Positions 38,342-50,963 of a DNA stretch of 64,000 nucleotides are shown in pieces (position 1 is the stretch's first letter; the number at the start of each line of letters is the position of its first letter). The position numbers and the translations under genes were made by a program. The stretch is from Tubulanus polymorphus (taxonomy: Eukaryota > Animalia > Nemertea). The DNA is taken from assembly GCF_964204645.1 (NCBI RefSeq), contig NC_134026.1, positions 10,873,950 to 10,937,949 on the forward strand, given 5' to 3'. The notes beneath the pieces were generated by a model that was not told where the DNA came from, did not search any database, and was given only the letters and a program-made list of their open reading frames with translations.

Positions 38342-39343
38342 ATGAATACAAGTTATATATTGGCAACTGAACTACTGAACAGGATGGCTACGATGAAATA
38401 CTGGTGTTTGCTTGTCATTGTAGGTGCGTTGTTTGTGTTTTTTAAAATATCGACTGAAAACCGGAGCTTGGATACCTGTCCTAAGTTGTGGCAAATAAGT
38501 GAAGAGTCTAGGAATATCCATCTGTCGGAAAATGTTAACAATTCGTTAAATAGTTACTTCGAATTCATTAATGATAATGAATTTGGCAACGTGAGCGGTT
38601 TTACTAATCTGTCAGCAGACGTTCTGGATAAATTCGTTCTTGCGAAGTTTTCAGCAGAGGAGAAATCAAAGTACAGGTTGCTTGTGAGACAATTTGATAC
38701 CTTGATGCGAAGATTGAATGTAACCTATTTCATTTTCTCGGGAACTCTGATTGGAGCATATCGCCACCACGGCCCCATTCCGTGGGATGACGATTTTGAC
38801 GTCCAGGTACCAGCGACAGATTTAAAAAAGATAAGGAGATTATTCGCAGAAAGAGATCCTCAAATCACCGGTATGTTTCTTAAACAGCCGGACAGACGTC
38901 CGTGGAAATTATCGCTTTTAGAATCAAGATGGCCCTTCGTCGATATGTGGCCTTATTCGCATAACGGAACCTACATGCAAGACCAGACATACCAGCCATG
39001 GGTAAGACGAGATTATGAGGACATTTTCCCACTCATTAAAGTCCCATTTATGGGATATATGTTACCAGCACCTCGCCGGTGGAAAAAAGTTATATTTGAT
39101 CGTTACGGTGACGTCAACAAGAAATGTTCTTCTCTACATCTGTCTCATAGAACCTGGCGTTATGGCAATGTTACGAACGTGGATTGTACTATTCTACATG
39201 ATTACATTCCTTTCATCACTCGGACTTGTAGGGCTGGAATTATGACGGAGACTCTAAGAGTGGGCAGAGTAAATCTAAGTATATGGAGATATTCAATAGG
39301 CTTGCGAGGTGTCCCTATTGATGATACAGTAAAATGCGTTTGA
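38342..39343 (+). CDS. LicD/fukutin-related nucleotidyltransferase-fold protein, type II membrane, intronless (likely start 38384)
   Basis: N-terminal hydrophobic anchor YWCLLVIVGALFVFF; YFIFSGTLIGAYRHHGPIPWDDDFDV; WPFVDMW; DIFPL; several NxS/T sequons. Confidence 0.92.
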   Translation: MNTSYILATELLNRMATMKYWCLLVIVGALFVFFKISTENRSLDTCPKLWQISEESRNIHLSENVNNSLNSYFEFINDNEFGNVSGFTNLSADVLDKFVLAKFSAEEKSKYRLLVRQFDTLMRRLNVTYFIFSGTLIGAYRHHGPIPWDDDFDVQVPATDLKKIRRLFAERDPQITGMFLKQPDRRPWKLSLLESRWPFVDMWPYSHNGTYMQDQTYQPWVRRDYEDIFPLIKVPFMGYMLPAPRRWKKVIFDRYGDVNKKCSSLHLSHRTWRYGNVTNVDCTILHDYIPFITRTCRAGIMTETLRVGRVNLSIWRYSIGLRGVPIDDTVKCV

Positions 39344-39347
39344 AGGT

Positions 39348-41047
39348 ACAAAGCCTACTAACTGGAATTATACCAGATGACCTAAAGATTGCAAAAGTTC
39401 GACCCCTCCACAAAAGCGGTGATACTGAGTTATTTAATAATTATCGTCCAATATCGATCTTGCCTTGTTTTTCAAAAATTTTAGAAAAAATTGTGTCTTA
39501 CCGAATAATCTCCTTTTTTGATAAATTTTCGATTATAAATCCAAGTCAATTTGGCTTCAGAAAAAATCACTCTTCTGCTATGGCATTAATTAAAATAGTC
39601 GATGAAATTCTAGATAATTTGGATAATAAAAAAACAACAATTGGAGTCTATACGACTCTGTAAATCACAGCATTTTATTAGATAAATTAAATTTCTATGG
39701 GATAAAGGGATTGGCTCTGTCATGGTTTAAAAATTATCTGGAAGATAGGCGTCAAGTAGTTCAACTATAAAATTATCAATCCGTACCGTTAAATACAACA
39801 ATAGGTGTACCCCAAGGATCAATTCTTGGACCCTTACTTTTTATAATCTATATCAATGATTGCATAAATGTCAGCGACACCATTAGACTACTTTTCGCTG
39901 ATGATACAAATGGTTTCGTCAGTGACTCTAACCCTATACGTTTAGTGCAAACTCTGAACCATGAACTTGATAAATTGGCTAAGTGGTTTCAATCCAACAA
40001 ACTATCTTTAAACTTAACAAAGACCCATTTCATGGTGTTCGGTTCTAAATTGCCCGATAATACCCCAATTCAAATAAATGGTCAAGTAATTAACAAGGTC
40101 CAAAATACTAATTTTCTAGGTATTCATGTTGATGAAAAGTTAAAATGGGATAGTCATATTGATTATGTTCGTGGTAAGGTTGCCCGCAGTGTGGGCATAT
40201 TAAATAGATTAAAACGCTCTTTACCTAAATGTATACTTATTCGTTTATATTTTAGTTTAGTTGAACCATACTTAAGTTACTGTAACATAGTTTGGGCAAG
40301 TAATTACAATATGAATTTGCAATCCTTAATCTTATTACAGAAACGTGCCGTGAGAATAATATCAGATTCCCATTACTTAGATCATAGTGATCCTCTTTTT
40401 AGTAGCTTAAATACTTTGAAAATCCATGAAATCAACAAATTACAGCTGGGTTGTTTTATGTTTAATTATGTAAATTCAAATACACTGCAGAGTTTTCAGA
40501 AATATTTTAGATTTAATTTTCAGGTCCATAGTCGTCAGACACGTAGTATAAATAATCTGCACGTACCCCATTATCGAACCCGTAAAAAACAATTTTCGAT
40601 AAAAGTTTCTGGTCCAACTTTATGGAATTCCTTAGCAGTCGAACTAAAAAAATCTAAAAGTATTAATATATTTAGGAAACACTATAAAAGACCGTTAATC
40701 GGGTAAAAACCACCCTCTCATAATGCGATGTATTATGATTGTGTAGTTAAACGCTATTTGATGTATTGAAATTATTTATACTGTCATATACTGCTTGATA
40801 TATGTCTCCTGTTTATTACGTGTGTGTGTGCGTGCGTGCATGCGTGTGTGTATGTTCGCGTGTGCGTGCATTTTTTTCGAGTTAGGGGGCCCGGATTCGT
40901 ATAAGTCACTTTTTGACTTCTCTGGGTCTCCTGCATTTTCATAATTGCGCTTCATTGTAAAAAAATTCATGCGAAACCCTGTAAACTTTTCTATTTTATA
41001 ATGTAATTTTGAATTGCAAAATAAATTCAATATTCAATATTCAATAT
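39348..41047 (+). mobile_element. 5'-truncated Crack/L2-group LINE (RT to 3' UTR)
   Basis: LKIAKVRPLHKSGD, NYRPISILP, QFGFR, GVPQGSILGPLLF, LFADD, LQKRAVRII. The DLSKAF motif is deleted (~39650). GT microsatellite, hairpin and (TTCAATA)n tail; possible TSD AAGGT. Confidence 0.9.
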
Positions 41048-42084
41048 AAGGTCTCAAAAGGTCATTGGCGCTATAATTTTTGTAATATCTATTTTAAAGT
41101 TTAATACAATCCCGATAATCTATTGAAGCATTTGTCATCGTAATTTTACCGATTATTATGTTAATGCACCTATGGCTGAAAATGATACATTGTTTTTCTG
41201 CAGCGGCCAGGTCGGAAGGATCATGCTGAAAATTTATGAAAATAGACTGCTCGTGACCAGGTCCCTTCGAGATACTGTTGTGAATTTAATCTAAAAATTA
41301 AATTCGGCCTGCCGGGTGCAAATAAAACTTGATTTGACCTCATATGGGCGACTGAGCGGAACCAATCCGATGAATCCTCTGTAAATAAATGATTCGTAGC
41401 GTGACGGTTGTTGATTTTCACAGCGATTGAATTGAACACGAGGCTTTTTGACACGTATTTTATTTCAGGAAAAACTTTGGTTTACCATGCATATGATTAA
41501 AAACTTTCTTCTCAAGCCACGTTAGGAGTATAGTGTTGGGTTGTTCTTTTGACTCAATGTCGAACCATTGTACCTGGTATTTGCATAGAACTACAGTGTA
41601 CAAACGGGGATGCCCACTCCAACTCTTCATATAGTTCTATGGTATTAGGTACCGGTAATATGGCAATATGTCACTTGATAACATTGATATAGTAACATAA
41701 TAGTCAGTAGGTTTTAAATGCATACTCGGAAATTTCAATCTTAGTTTTTATCTGAAAAAGATTCCATAATTTGTTTGAAAAAAATAAATCCGGCAGTGTA
41801 GACTTTCCGCAAATCTGTGTTTTTTTTCTAAATTGTGATCAAACAAGAAAACTAATTTGAAAATATAGCTGCAAGCAGCGATAACGGGTTTCAGCCTTTC
41901 TGGCGGATAGAATTTCGTACAGGGGGGATGAGAGCAAAGATTTCACCCGAGATCAGTTCGTAACATTCCGCTTTTTTGAAGGAGCGCCACCTAGGGGTCA
42001 GCTCACAACATGGATATTTTGACCCACATGTGCTCTACGCGCATGTGCTACTACGCACAAAGTGCATTTTGCAAAGACATTTTG

Positions 42085-42391
42085 CTGGCCTGCAATCATT
42101 CTTTATCGGTGCAGTGGGTAGGTATTTTCAACTGACTTTGTTCTTCTATGACATCACCAACGCCGCTTCGTCACGATGTGATGTACAGAGGACCTCCAAT
42201 TTGTAATGTGCGTGATGTATAAACTGATTTTAGACCGCTTATCGACGACAAAAAGTTATCACCGACGCTGACATTTTTTGACGCTAACTAGTGTGACCCG
42301 CCTTATGGACGGACCAATTCAATTCAATAAAAAGAAAACGCGTACCGGTACAATAAGTAAATAAACCGCTGTTGATTTTTCGTAGTATTGA
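42085..42391 (+). repeat. Direct repeat, duplicated at 43853-43880 + 44217-44573
   Basis: GCAATCATTCTTTATCGGTGCAGT.GGTAGGTATTTTCAACTG ... AAACCGCTGTTGATTTTTCG.AGTATTGA in both copies. Confidence 0.88.
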
Positions 42392-43368
42392 TATCCACGA
42401 ACAAAACAAATACTATTATAGAATGTTTAAAAGGAACTGGTTTTAATAACAGTATGAACAAGAGGACCATAAGGTCGAAGACAGTGCATGAGGAGTGCAT
42501 CAGTTTTATTAGTGAAAGCAGGGAGGTGGGAGTGAACTCCCACCTCCCTGGTGAAAGCAATTCACGCGTTTCCAGGTTCTTTTAACCATTATGGACATTT
42601 TCCCCTAGACAAAAGTGGTCCTATTTTCCCCAAGTCCTGAAAAATTCTTTCTTTGAGGAATTGTGAAAATAAACTGATTATTTTTTTCAAAAGACATTAT
42701 AATGTTCTTATTTTAGTTTATTTCAATATAACGGTTTTTTCAATAATAAAATGCGTGGATCTACATTCCCTAAAAAGCATAGTGTAATCGTCCCAGACAT
42801 CCTACCCACCCTATTTCCCATAATGGTATAGTCCGGCACGTTAACTAATGAAACTTGTGTTCTCTGTGCATGTGATGATTCGATGAATGAAGTTCATGTG
42901 CCAGGCACTACTACTAGTGGGAGATTTTATTACCACAAAGACCACATGGTAACATAGGAATGCACCTAAAATGCCTCTAAAAATCCTCAAAACTTGGGCT
43001 TGACGCCTGATGTGCTCGACTTGGCATAGATTCGCTTGTACAATTTTTTCGCAAATAATGAGAACGGACATTTTTTAACGATCACGGAAACCGTGCGTAT
43101 CTCATTATATCTTTTTTTCTAGTACCGCGCGCCGAACAGTTGTTCTTTCGTCAGTCAATCGGAGTCGGCCTGTGTTTATACGAGGCGGGACGCATATGGG
43201 CGGCCATCCCCGCCAAAAAGACAAACTTCCTGTTTTCGTGAAAATGACATCAATGCGTGAAAATGTCAGTAGGCGGCGCTGTATATCTAAAAGATAAACT
43301 CGTGTTTTCGTAAAAAAGACATCGATGCATAAAAATATCTGTAGGTGGCGATACTAGGGCATAGTTGT

Positions 43369-43594
43369 AAACCGGAAATTAATTACTTTTAATGGAAAAT
43401 AAAAGTAATTGAAATTGAATCAAGGTCGCATGGAAGTTCCTTGCTGCAGTGTACCTGTATCGAATATCGTGCTCGCCGATTATAATAGTATCTGTATCTT
43501 TATCTGACTTTATTCATAGGAATGTTTATCCAAACGACCTTGATTCAATTTCAATTTATTTTATTTTATCTATTAAGTAAGCGCATATTCGGTT
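43369..43594. repeat. Small foldback/MITE
   Basis: AATTGAAATTGAATCAAGGTCG (43407-43428) pairs with CGACCTTGATTCAATTTCAATT (43536-43557); the arms extend imperfectly. Confidence 0.7.
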
Positions 43595-43880
43595 ATTATT
43601 AGTTCCGAAAAAAAGTCGACTAGATAAGAAAACCGAATTTGGCCCAAAGCACAAATTTGGCCTATAGGGTAAACTATGCAGGAGGGAAGGCCTTATAGTG
43701 TTACTATTAGTAGAGGAGTGACAAGTCAGTCTGACAAGTCAAGCGATCAGATGGGGACTACAATTCACATATGAAATTGACGTCCAATAACTATTATAAA
43801 AACATAATCACGAACGGTACCATCACTCCCCATTACTGACTGTCACTGGTGTCTGGCTAGCAATCATTCTTTATCGGTGC

Positions 43881-44207
43881 CATCCTCGCTTGCCAGGGGT
43901 CCGGTATCACTCCCGAACTCGCTTCCACCAGCCCCCTGGCCTCACGAAGCGTGATTTCATTACTGGCGCTGTTGCACGTGACGTCATATATCGATTTGCG
44001 AAACACTTCCTTGTTCGGTAAAACGTTCGCTGATTGGTCAATTTAACGGGAAAACCAACAGAAGTCTACTGACGGTTTGTTACATGCGCTGTGATTGGTA
44101 CGACCGAATTCTGGTCGGCTAGTAACGACTCCAACGACTCGTGAGGTCAAGGGGTTCGGGGAACAGCTTTAGCGTAGTGGGTTCGAATCCCTTGACGGGT
44201 GAAGATG
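43881..44207. mobile_element. 327-bp MITE with 9-bp TSD (Mutator-like by TSD length)
   Basis: TSD TATCGGTGC at 43872-43880 and 44208-44216; imperfect TIRs CATCCTCGCTTGCCAGGGG / TCCCTTGACGGGTGAAGATG; empty site at ~42104-42112. Confidence 0.85.
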
Positions 44208-44573
44208 TATCGGTGCAGTTGGTAGGTATTTTCAACTGACTTTGTTCTTCTATGAGATTTCCATCGCCGCTGCGTCACGATGTGATGTACATGTACAAGG
44301 GACCTCCAATTTGTAATGTATGTGATGTATAAACTGACTTTAGACCGTTTAATATCGACGATAACAAGGTATCACCGACGCTGATATTTTCTGACGCTAA
44401 CTAGTATGACCCGCCTTTTAGACTGGTTACCGGTCTCTATCTTCAATTTCATATTGAATGGGACAGGCAACCAGTCTAACCCGCCTTTTGGACCGGACCA
44501 ATTCAATGCAATTAAGAAAACACGTACCGGTACAATAAATAAATAAACCGCTGTTGATTTTTCGAAGTATTGA

Positions 44574-44876
44574 GTCTTAGTCGTTTCGACAAGTGCCGCA
44601 TTTTTGATTTTGTCATTTTTGAATTGTCTTACGCAACTTCTGTTGTTAGAATATGGACACCATGCTAAGACAACCATGTATTACCTTTCTCACTGCGATG
44701 GGTTGTATGGAGTTTTCATTTTAACTAGCAATTCAATTTCTGTAGTCCTGAAAAATGCAAACCATGTCGTTAACGGTTTCATTCTCTTGTGCAGCAGCAA
44801 CTTCAGAAATGACATAAATGTCGGTGCATCCGAGTGTATGATTAAACGAAGAACTAACGGTGTTGTCGAGAAATAG
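44574..44876 (+). pseudogene. Inverted partial copy of the GPCR gene (TM6-TM7 and C-terminus)
   Basis: Reverse complement of 52945-53247 with few substitutions (ASEC vs ASDC); homology continues through the 3' flank to 45671 and 50964-~51125. Confidence 0.93.
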
Positions 44877-45671
44877 GTAAATTAAGAGATTTCAAAAGAG
44901 CCCTATACAAACGAAACAGTTTTTTTTTGTATCACACACGTGATCGGCAATATATCAAAACAAGAAAAATTTGCAAAACGATGAGCAAATCGGAAATTAA
45001 TCAACTACAATATATAATAAATCATGTCGCTAGAATAGACAAAGAATTTTTGTTGTTGTGTTTCCTTGCTTTTTGTCGCTGGTCAAGTAGCAAACTATTT
45101 TTCATATTAAGTCCTCTTTAAGGATTTAAGATAACAGTAGACTAATGCAACGTTAAAATTTCAGTGGTTTAATGTTTCGTTAAAGAACTGTCCTCATCGT
45201 CCTACAGTTTATGGCCTCACAATTTTCACATTAAAACAGGGAAAATGATGGTATTGTGACGGAACCGTATTAATAACGATACTTGATTCAATATATCTAT
45301 GATCAGAATTATGATCTACGATGATTTACTGATTACGTTGTTCAAAACTATGAAGACAACAAATTATGATTATGATCAATCAAACTTTAATCTAAACGTA
45401 ACACACGACTATCGATTCGCCGAATTGGTGGCCATCTATTATCAATAAATATATAATATTTTCTCGAATTTCTTAAATCAAAATGCATCTCAAAAACTAT
45501 ATTTTTTATTGAAAACCCTTTAAATATAAAACCAGTTTCTTCCAAGTCGAAAACCCGGAATAAGGCTAAATTAAGATACATTGTTCGTCATTTTTCGGAG
45601 CAACATTTTGCGATTTCACCAGAATTACACTCATTTTTCAAATCACAAAAAAAATGTTCAACCGTTCAACC

Positions 45672-45780
45672 TGTGACGTTTCCTGACCGATTATCAATGA
45701 ACTACAATGCCATTCATTGTACTCAAAACGGAAGTGAATTTATTCAGTCAAACTAATTACCGAAAGCTACATACATCACA
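45672..45780 (-). repeat. Gypsy 3' LTR
   Basis: Identical by eye to 50855-50963. Confidence 0.95.
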
Positions 45781-45889
45781 CTTCTCCACACCAGTTAAAA
45801 AAAAACTAAGCATTATCTTAAAATGCATAAGCTCCATATTAACATCTTGTAAGTGTAATAAAAGAAAAACTGACATAATAAAACCACAT

Positions 45890-48800
45890 TTAAGTTTCTT
45901 CGATCAGCCTCTTAGGTGGTACAGAAACACGACAGGATTTCCTGACACTTATAGGAATACTATGGGCTTGGGGTTGATCAGAAACTGAATCACCAAAATC
46001 ACCTGAGTTTCTAACTCCACTTTCGACATCTGGGCTTGAACCTTGTTGAGTACCCAGATCAGTACTGACTGGAGGTACCGCTGGTACAGTAACACTAGGC
46101 ATATCATATTGTCGATTATCTACATCATCCACACGACTACTATTTACATGAACATTTTCACTACAGGGAAATAAGTGATCAATGTGACAATAACGATATC
46201 TGCCACCAACCCTAACTAGGTAGGTAAGAAGACCTTTCCTGTGAATAATTACACCTGGAAATTATTTTTCAAGACCTCTCACATTAGATTTAACCATAAC
46301 ATTTTGTTTCTCAACAAACTCTCTAGGTTTTGATAATACAGAATCATGATATCTCCTCTGAATATCCTGCTTTGCACAAATTTTGGTATACAGTCAAACC
46401 CGCTTTATTCGGATCACTCGGGACCGCTAAAATTCGTCCGAGTTATGTGAAATCCGAATTAAATAGATAGCCTTTTGTGTAGCAATTTACCATGCCTCTA
46501 CCATTGAAAATGACAACAATGAGTGTTGCACTTTAATCGAAACAAAATATCAATCTTTATTGTATGTATTATTACATTGTATCATGAATAACCTATACGC
46601 CATCGCAAATAAACAGTCTCAATCGTTTTTCACAAAGAAGGCAGAAATCAATGTCTGCTTGGCGCGTTTCAGGACGTCCCGTCGAAGAAAATTCTCATAT
46701 TTCCGAGAGAAAACCAATACTCCATCAACTAATTTCTCGTCGGTAGACTTGGCCAGTGCAAATCTGTTTAGAACATCCAAAGCCCCATGAACGTCGGTGA
46801 CTGTCGGGTTGGGCTTTAATATTACAGCACACTGTAAGGCCTACTATCGCAACAATCGATACCGTTAGCCTATTCTAATAGACTGTTGCCTGATCGTATA
46901 CTGTATATTGCAACGCAGCGACGCGTAATGCAGCACATCACTATGACTATCGAGCGTGGATTGCATCATGTCGCGTCGCACGGCACTGTCGCTTTGCTCT
47001 GTTCAATATCAAAATTTATCACACGAATAAAGTGGTAAGATTTCAAAGGAAATGGACAAATGGGACTTGAAAATTCATCCGGAGTAGCCGAAAATCCGAA
47101 TAATACGAACCGAATTAAGTGAAATTTTTGTAAGGTATTATAATAAGAAACTGAAGGGAATTTTAAAAATCATCCGAGATACGTCAAAATCCGAGTAAAA
47201 CCGATCCGAATGAAGCGGGCTTGACATGTACATATCAGGTTTAATAAGTGACAGCCTAGACCTTAACTGTCGTTTCCTGAAAAGTTCAGCTGGAGATCTA
47301 CCTGTTATCGAGTGTGGTGTTGTTCGATACATGAACAAAAAGTTATCCAGTCTTTTCGACGAATCAACCTTATCAACTCGCTGCATCAAAATGTGTTTCT
47401 TGAGCGCTCGTTTAACTATTTGTACTGACCTTTCGGCCGCCCCATTTAAGCTTGGGCTATAAACAGGTACTGGTGTATATTTGACACCATTATTACATAA
47501 GCAGTCATGGAATACCTCCGAATTGAATGGGGGCCCATTGTCACTGACCAACTCCTTAGGTAATCCCTCACGAGCAAAAACACTTCTCAAGGTATCAATT
47601 ACTTTTGGTGCAGCTGTTGATGACATCATAAAACATTCCAACCACTTAGAGAAACTATCAACAATAATGAGGTAATGTTTGCCTTCAAGTTCACCAAAAT
47701 CTATATGAATCCTATCCCATGGACCATTTGTTGGTCGCCATGGCAACAAAGGTACCTTAACCGGATCATTTCTCATACTAAGACACAATTGACAGTTTTG
47801 TACTAAATTTTCAATATCTTGATCAATGCCAGGATACCACAAATAATTTCTTGCTAAAGACTTGATACCAACAATACCAAAATGTTCCGAGTGCAACTCA
47901 TCCAACATGATCTGTTTGAACTTTGGTGGTATAACAACTCTCATTCCCCAAAGTATGCAACCCTGATCCACAGATAATTCATTTCTGCGCCTAAAATAAG
48001 GCAAAATATCAGGATCGTTGCAGTGATTAGGCCAACCATTAAGTATATATTGATAAACTTTTGACATTGTTGGATCTTTTCTAGTCTCAGACTCAATGTC
48101 TGCAGCATTAATATGTAACATATTAACATACGTAAAATAATTAATATCCAGTTCCACTGCTTCCATCTGAGCATTAGGATTAGGAAATGTAGACAACATA
48201 TCACAGTTTTCTTGATCTTTACCACTTCTATGTACAATTTCGTAATCGTATGCCATTAAAATAAGTGACCACCTTTGCAGACGCAGAGCTGCCAGGGCCG
48301 GAACTCCTGTTTTTGAACCAAAAATTGTTACAAGAGGTTTGTGGTCGGTGACCAACAGAAACTTTCTACCGTATAGATATTTGTGGAAGTGCTTGACTCC
48401 ATAAATGATTGAAAGAGCCTCACGTTCAATTTGGGAGTAATTGCGTTCTGCAGGAGTCAAACTACGATTACCAAATGCTATGGGCTTCTCTGATCTATCT
48501 GGAAACCTTTTAGAAAGAATCGCACCTATACCATATGGATTCGCATCACAGCCTAGAACTAGCTCTGCCTTGGGGTCAAAATGTACTTATAACTGGATAC
48601 TTGTCAACAACCTTTTTGACTCTAAAAATGCCTTTTCACATTCTGAACTCCACACATATTTAACATCCTTTTTGAGAAGTTGATGTAAAGGATACAATAA
48701 CTTAGACAGGTTTGGTAAGAATTTACCATAATGATTCAACATGCCAAGGTAGTACGCAACTCAGAAACACTACTAGGAATAGGTACTGCATGTATAGCTT

Positions 48801-50805
48801 CAACATTCTTGGATGTTGGATGAATACCTTCACTATCTACATTGTGACCTAAATACTCTACTTCAGGTACAAAGAACCGAGACTTTCTAGAACTTGCAGT
48901 AACATTATGTTTACGTAATCTACTAAAAATTTCTCTCAACAATCTCACATGTTCTTCTGCAGTAACAGTAGCAAGCAATATATCGTCTTGGCTTGCTGCT
49001 GCCTGCGGAATACCTACGAGCAGTTTGTCCATAAATCTCTGAAAAATAGCTGGAGATGTTTTAACTCCAAATGGTAAACGGTTGTACCTAAAAAGACCAA
49101 ATGGTGTATTAACAGTGCATAATTCTCTGGACTTATCAGATAATTCCAATTGAAGATACGCGTTTGAAAGATCGATCTTTGAAAAGTATTTACAACCATT
49201 TAGTTTTGAGAAAAATGTCCTCTGGTGTTGGCAGGGGATAAGGATCACTATCTATCAAATTGTTGATAGACACCTTAAAATCACCACAAATTCTCACATT
49301 GTCATCCTTTTTTGGGACAACTACAATTGGACTTGAGTATTTGCTAGTCTCAACTCTACTCATAACATTCATTTCAACAGATATTTTAAGATTGTTTTCT
49401 ACCTTGTCTAATAATGCATACGGTATAGGTCTAGCTCTGAAAAATATACCATCGGTTTCCTATTTAAGTTCTATCTCTGCAGTGTAACCCTTGATTGGCT
49501 CTTTATGAGCTTGAAAAATATCTCTGTACTCATCGACCAACCTTGACACTTGACCTTTATAATCATTGACATCAAATGAAGTTACAGAGAATAATTCAGA
49601 CCAGTTTAGTTTAATAATGCTAAGCCAATTTCTGCCTAAAAGAGGAGGCTTGTTCATCGCCTTTACAACAATGACAGGCAGATAGTATTTCTGACCTTTA
49701 TACTCAACCAAAGCCTGAAAAGAACCTAACACAGTGATATTTTCACCTGAGTAACTAGCAAGTTTTACATTTGACCTTGACAATTTTATGTCAGAAAATT
49801 TCTCTTTATATAAACTCTCAGGAAAAATTGTGGTTGATGCGCCTGTATCTACCAAAAGATTAACTCTAACCTCATTGACAAAAATATCAACATTTACATT
49901 ATTACAATTGCCAGTTGGACCATTCACGGTGTACAAGTCGTCAAAACTAGTGTTGTAATCATAATCTGTATCGGCAACAGAATTTTCTTGAAGATACGAA
50001 GTAGCACCACCATGAAACGATCTGCTTGTACGATTGTTAACACGACCGGCGGTTTTTCTCCTATCAGTGTTTTTCAAATTTGTACGACACGCTTTCGCAA
50101 TGTGTCCAGTTTTATGACATTTGTGACATTCAGATCCACGAAATCTGCAACTGTCCGCTAAATGTCCGTTTCCGTGACAACGATAACACTGTTGATTAAT
50201 CTGCGGCTTTCTACCAAAGTTATTATTATTATTGCCGGTACGCGATTTGACCATATTAACATCGCCTTCACCGGGATTTGAAGTCGACCCGACTGACATC
50301 TCCTTTGACACCAGGGATGCCGTTTCCATAGCAAGGGCATCCTTACATGCGTCTTTCCAAACTAATTTTGACGAACCAAGTAGTTTTTTGCGGATTGGTT
50401 CGCTTCTAATTCCAGCGACAAACTCGGAGTTGATCCTCCAGGGATCCTCCAAACTCACACGACAAAGTAAGTTTCTTCAGCGCTACAATGTATTCTGACA
50501 AAGTCTCTGTCGAGGACTGGCGCCTCAAATTTGTACCGTTCACCCATTGTTGTGGATGGAGGTTTGTGGTGCAAGGCTGTGAGATCATCGTATTTTTCAT
50601 CCGAAGGAGCCTTTGGCATGGTTAGATTTACTAAAAGTTCGAAAGTTTCAGGTTTAATCATTGATAGAAGGACGTCCGTTTTGCTTTCATTTGCAATTTT
50701 ATTTACCCTCATCCACGCCTCGAGTCTACATTGGTAGTTTTTCCATTCTTCCTTTTGCGGAGAATACTCATTTATCGAACCGATATAAGCAGAAGCCATA
50801 CTCAT
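45890..50805 (-). pseudogene. Gypsy gag-pol with multiple frameshifts and a MITE insertion
   Basis: Two CCHC knuckles (CYRCHGNGHLADSC, CHKCHKTGHIAKAC), protease LVDTGAS, RT RICGDFK/IDLSNAY/RLPFG/SQDD, RNase H ERNYSQIEREAL/TDHKPL, integrase LHSEH..C..C, IHIDF, VSDNGPPF, NGAAER. Confidence 0.93.
46391..47228. mobile_element. pogo/Tigger-like MITE in the Gypsy integrase tail
   Basis: TA|CAGTCAAACCCGCTTTATTCGGATC ... GATCCGAATGAAGCGGGCTTGACATG|TA; removing it restores KPDMY|TKICAKQDIQRRYHD. Confidence 0.9.
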
Positions 50806-50841
50806 TCCTTCTATACTCGGATGGAGAACGATATTAAGTTT

Positions 50842-50853
50842 TCCTCGTCGCCA
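50842..50853 (-). promoter_or_regulatory. Primer-binding site complementary to the tRNA-Ser(GCT) 3' end
   Basis: Minus strand TGGCGACGAGGA, 1 nt inside the 5' LTR; animal tRNA-Ser(GCT) ends ...UCCUCGUCG-CCA. Confidence 0.8.
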
Positions 50854-50854
50854 A

Positions 50855-50963
50855 TGTGACGTTTCCTGACCGATTATCAATGAACTACAATGCCATTCAT
50901 TGTACTCAAAACGGAAGTGAATTTATTCAGTCAAACTAATTACCGAAAGCTACATACATCACA
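50855..50963 (-). repeat. Gypsy 5' LTR
   Basis: Identical by eye to 45672-45780. Confidence 0.95.

Larger units (their letters stand above)
45672..50963 (-). mobile_element. Gypsy LTR retrotransposon, Mag-like
   Basis: Identical 109-bp TG...CA LTRs; 5-bp TSD CAACC (45667-45671, 50964-50968); PBS and PPT (GGTGTGGAGAAG); order gag-PR-RT-RH-IN. Confidence 0.95.

Noticed and set aside
38342-39343. LicD gene as bacterial contamination or recent horizontal transfer
   Set aside because: Type II membrane anchor, N-glycosylation sequons and a directly adjoining animal LINE; LicD-family genes are common in invertebrates. Phylogeny would be needed to claim transfer.
44170-44207. GGTTCGAATCCC (also ~21049) as a tRNA gene or tRNA-SINE
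   Set aside because: Only a B-box/T-arm word; no cloverleaf, and it sits at the end of a MITE with TIRs and a 9-bp TSD.
45387-45581. Duplicated 64-aa ORF (also 52244-52438) as a small-protein family
   Set aside because: Explained by the recent inverted duplication of non-coding flank; no independent coding evidence.
47138-47228. Listed integrase C-terminus MSSPLHSDRFYSDFDV...
   Set aside because: Read-through into the MITE; the real tail resumes at 46390.
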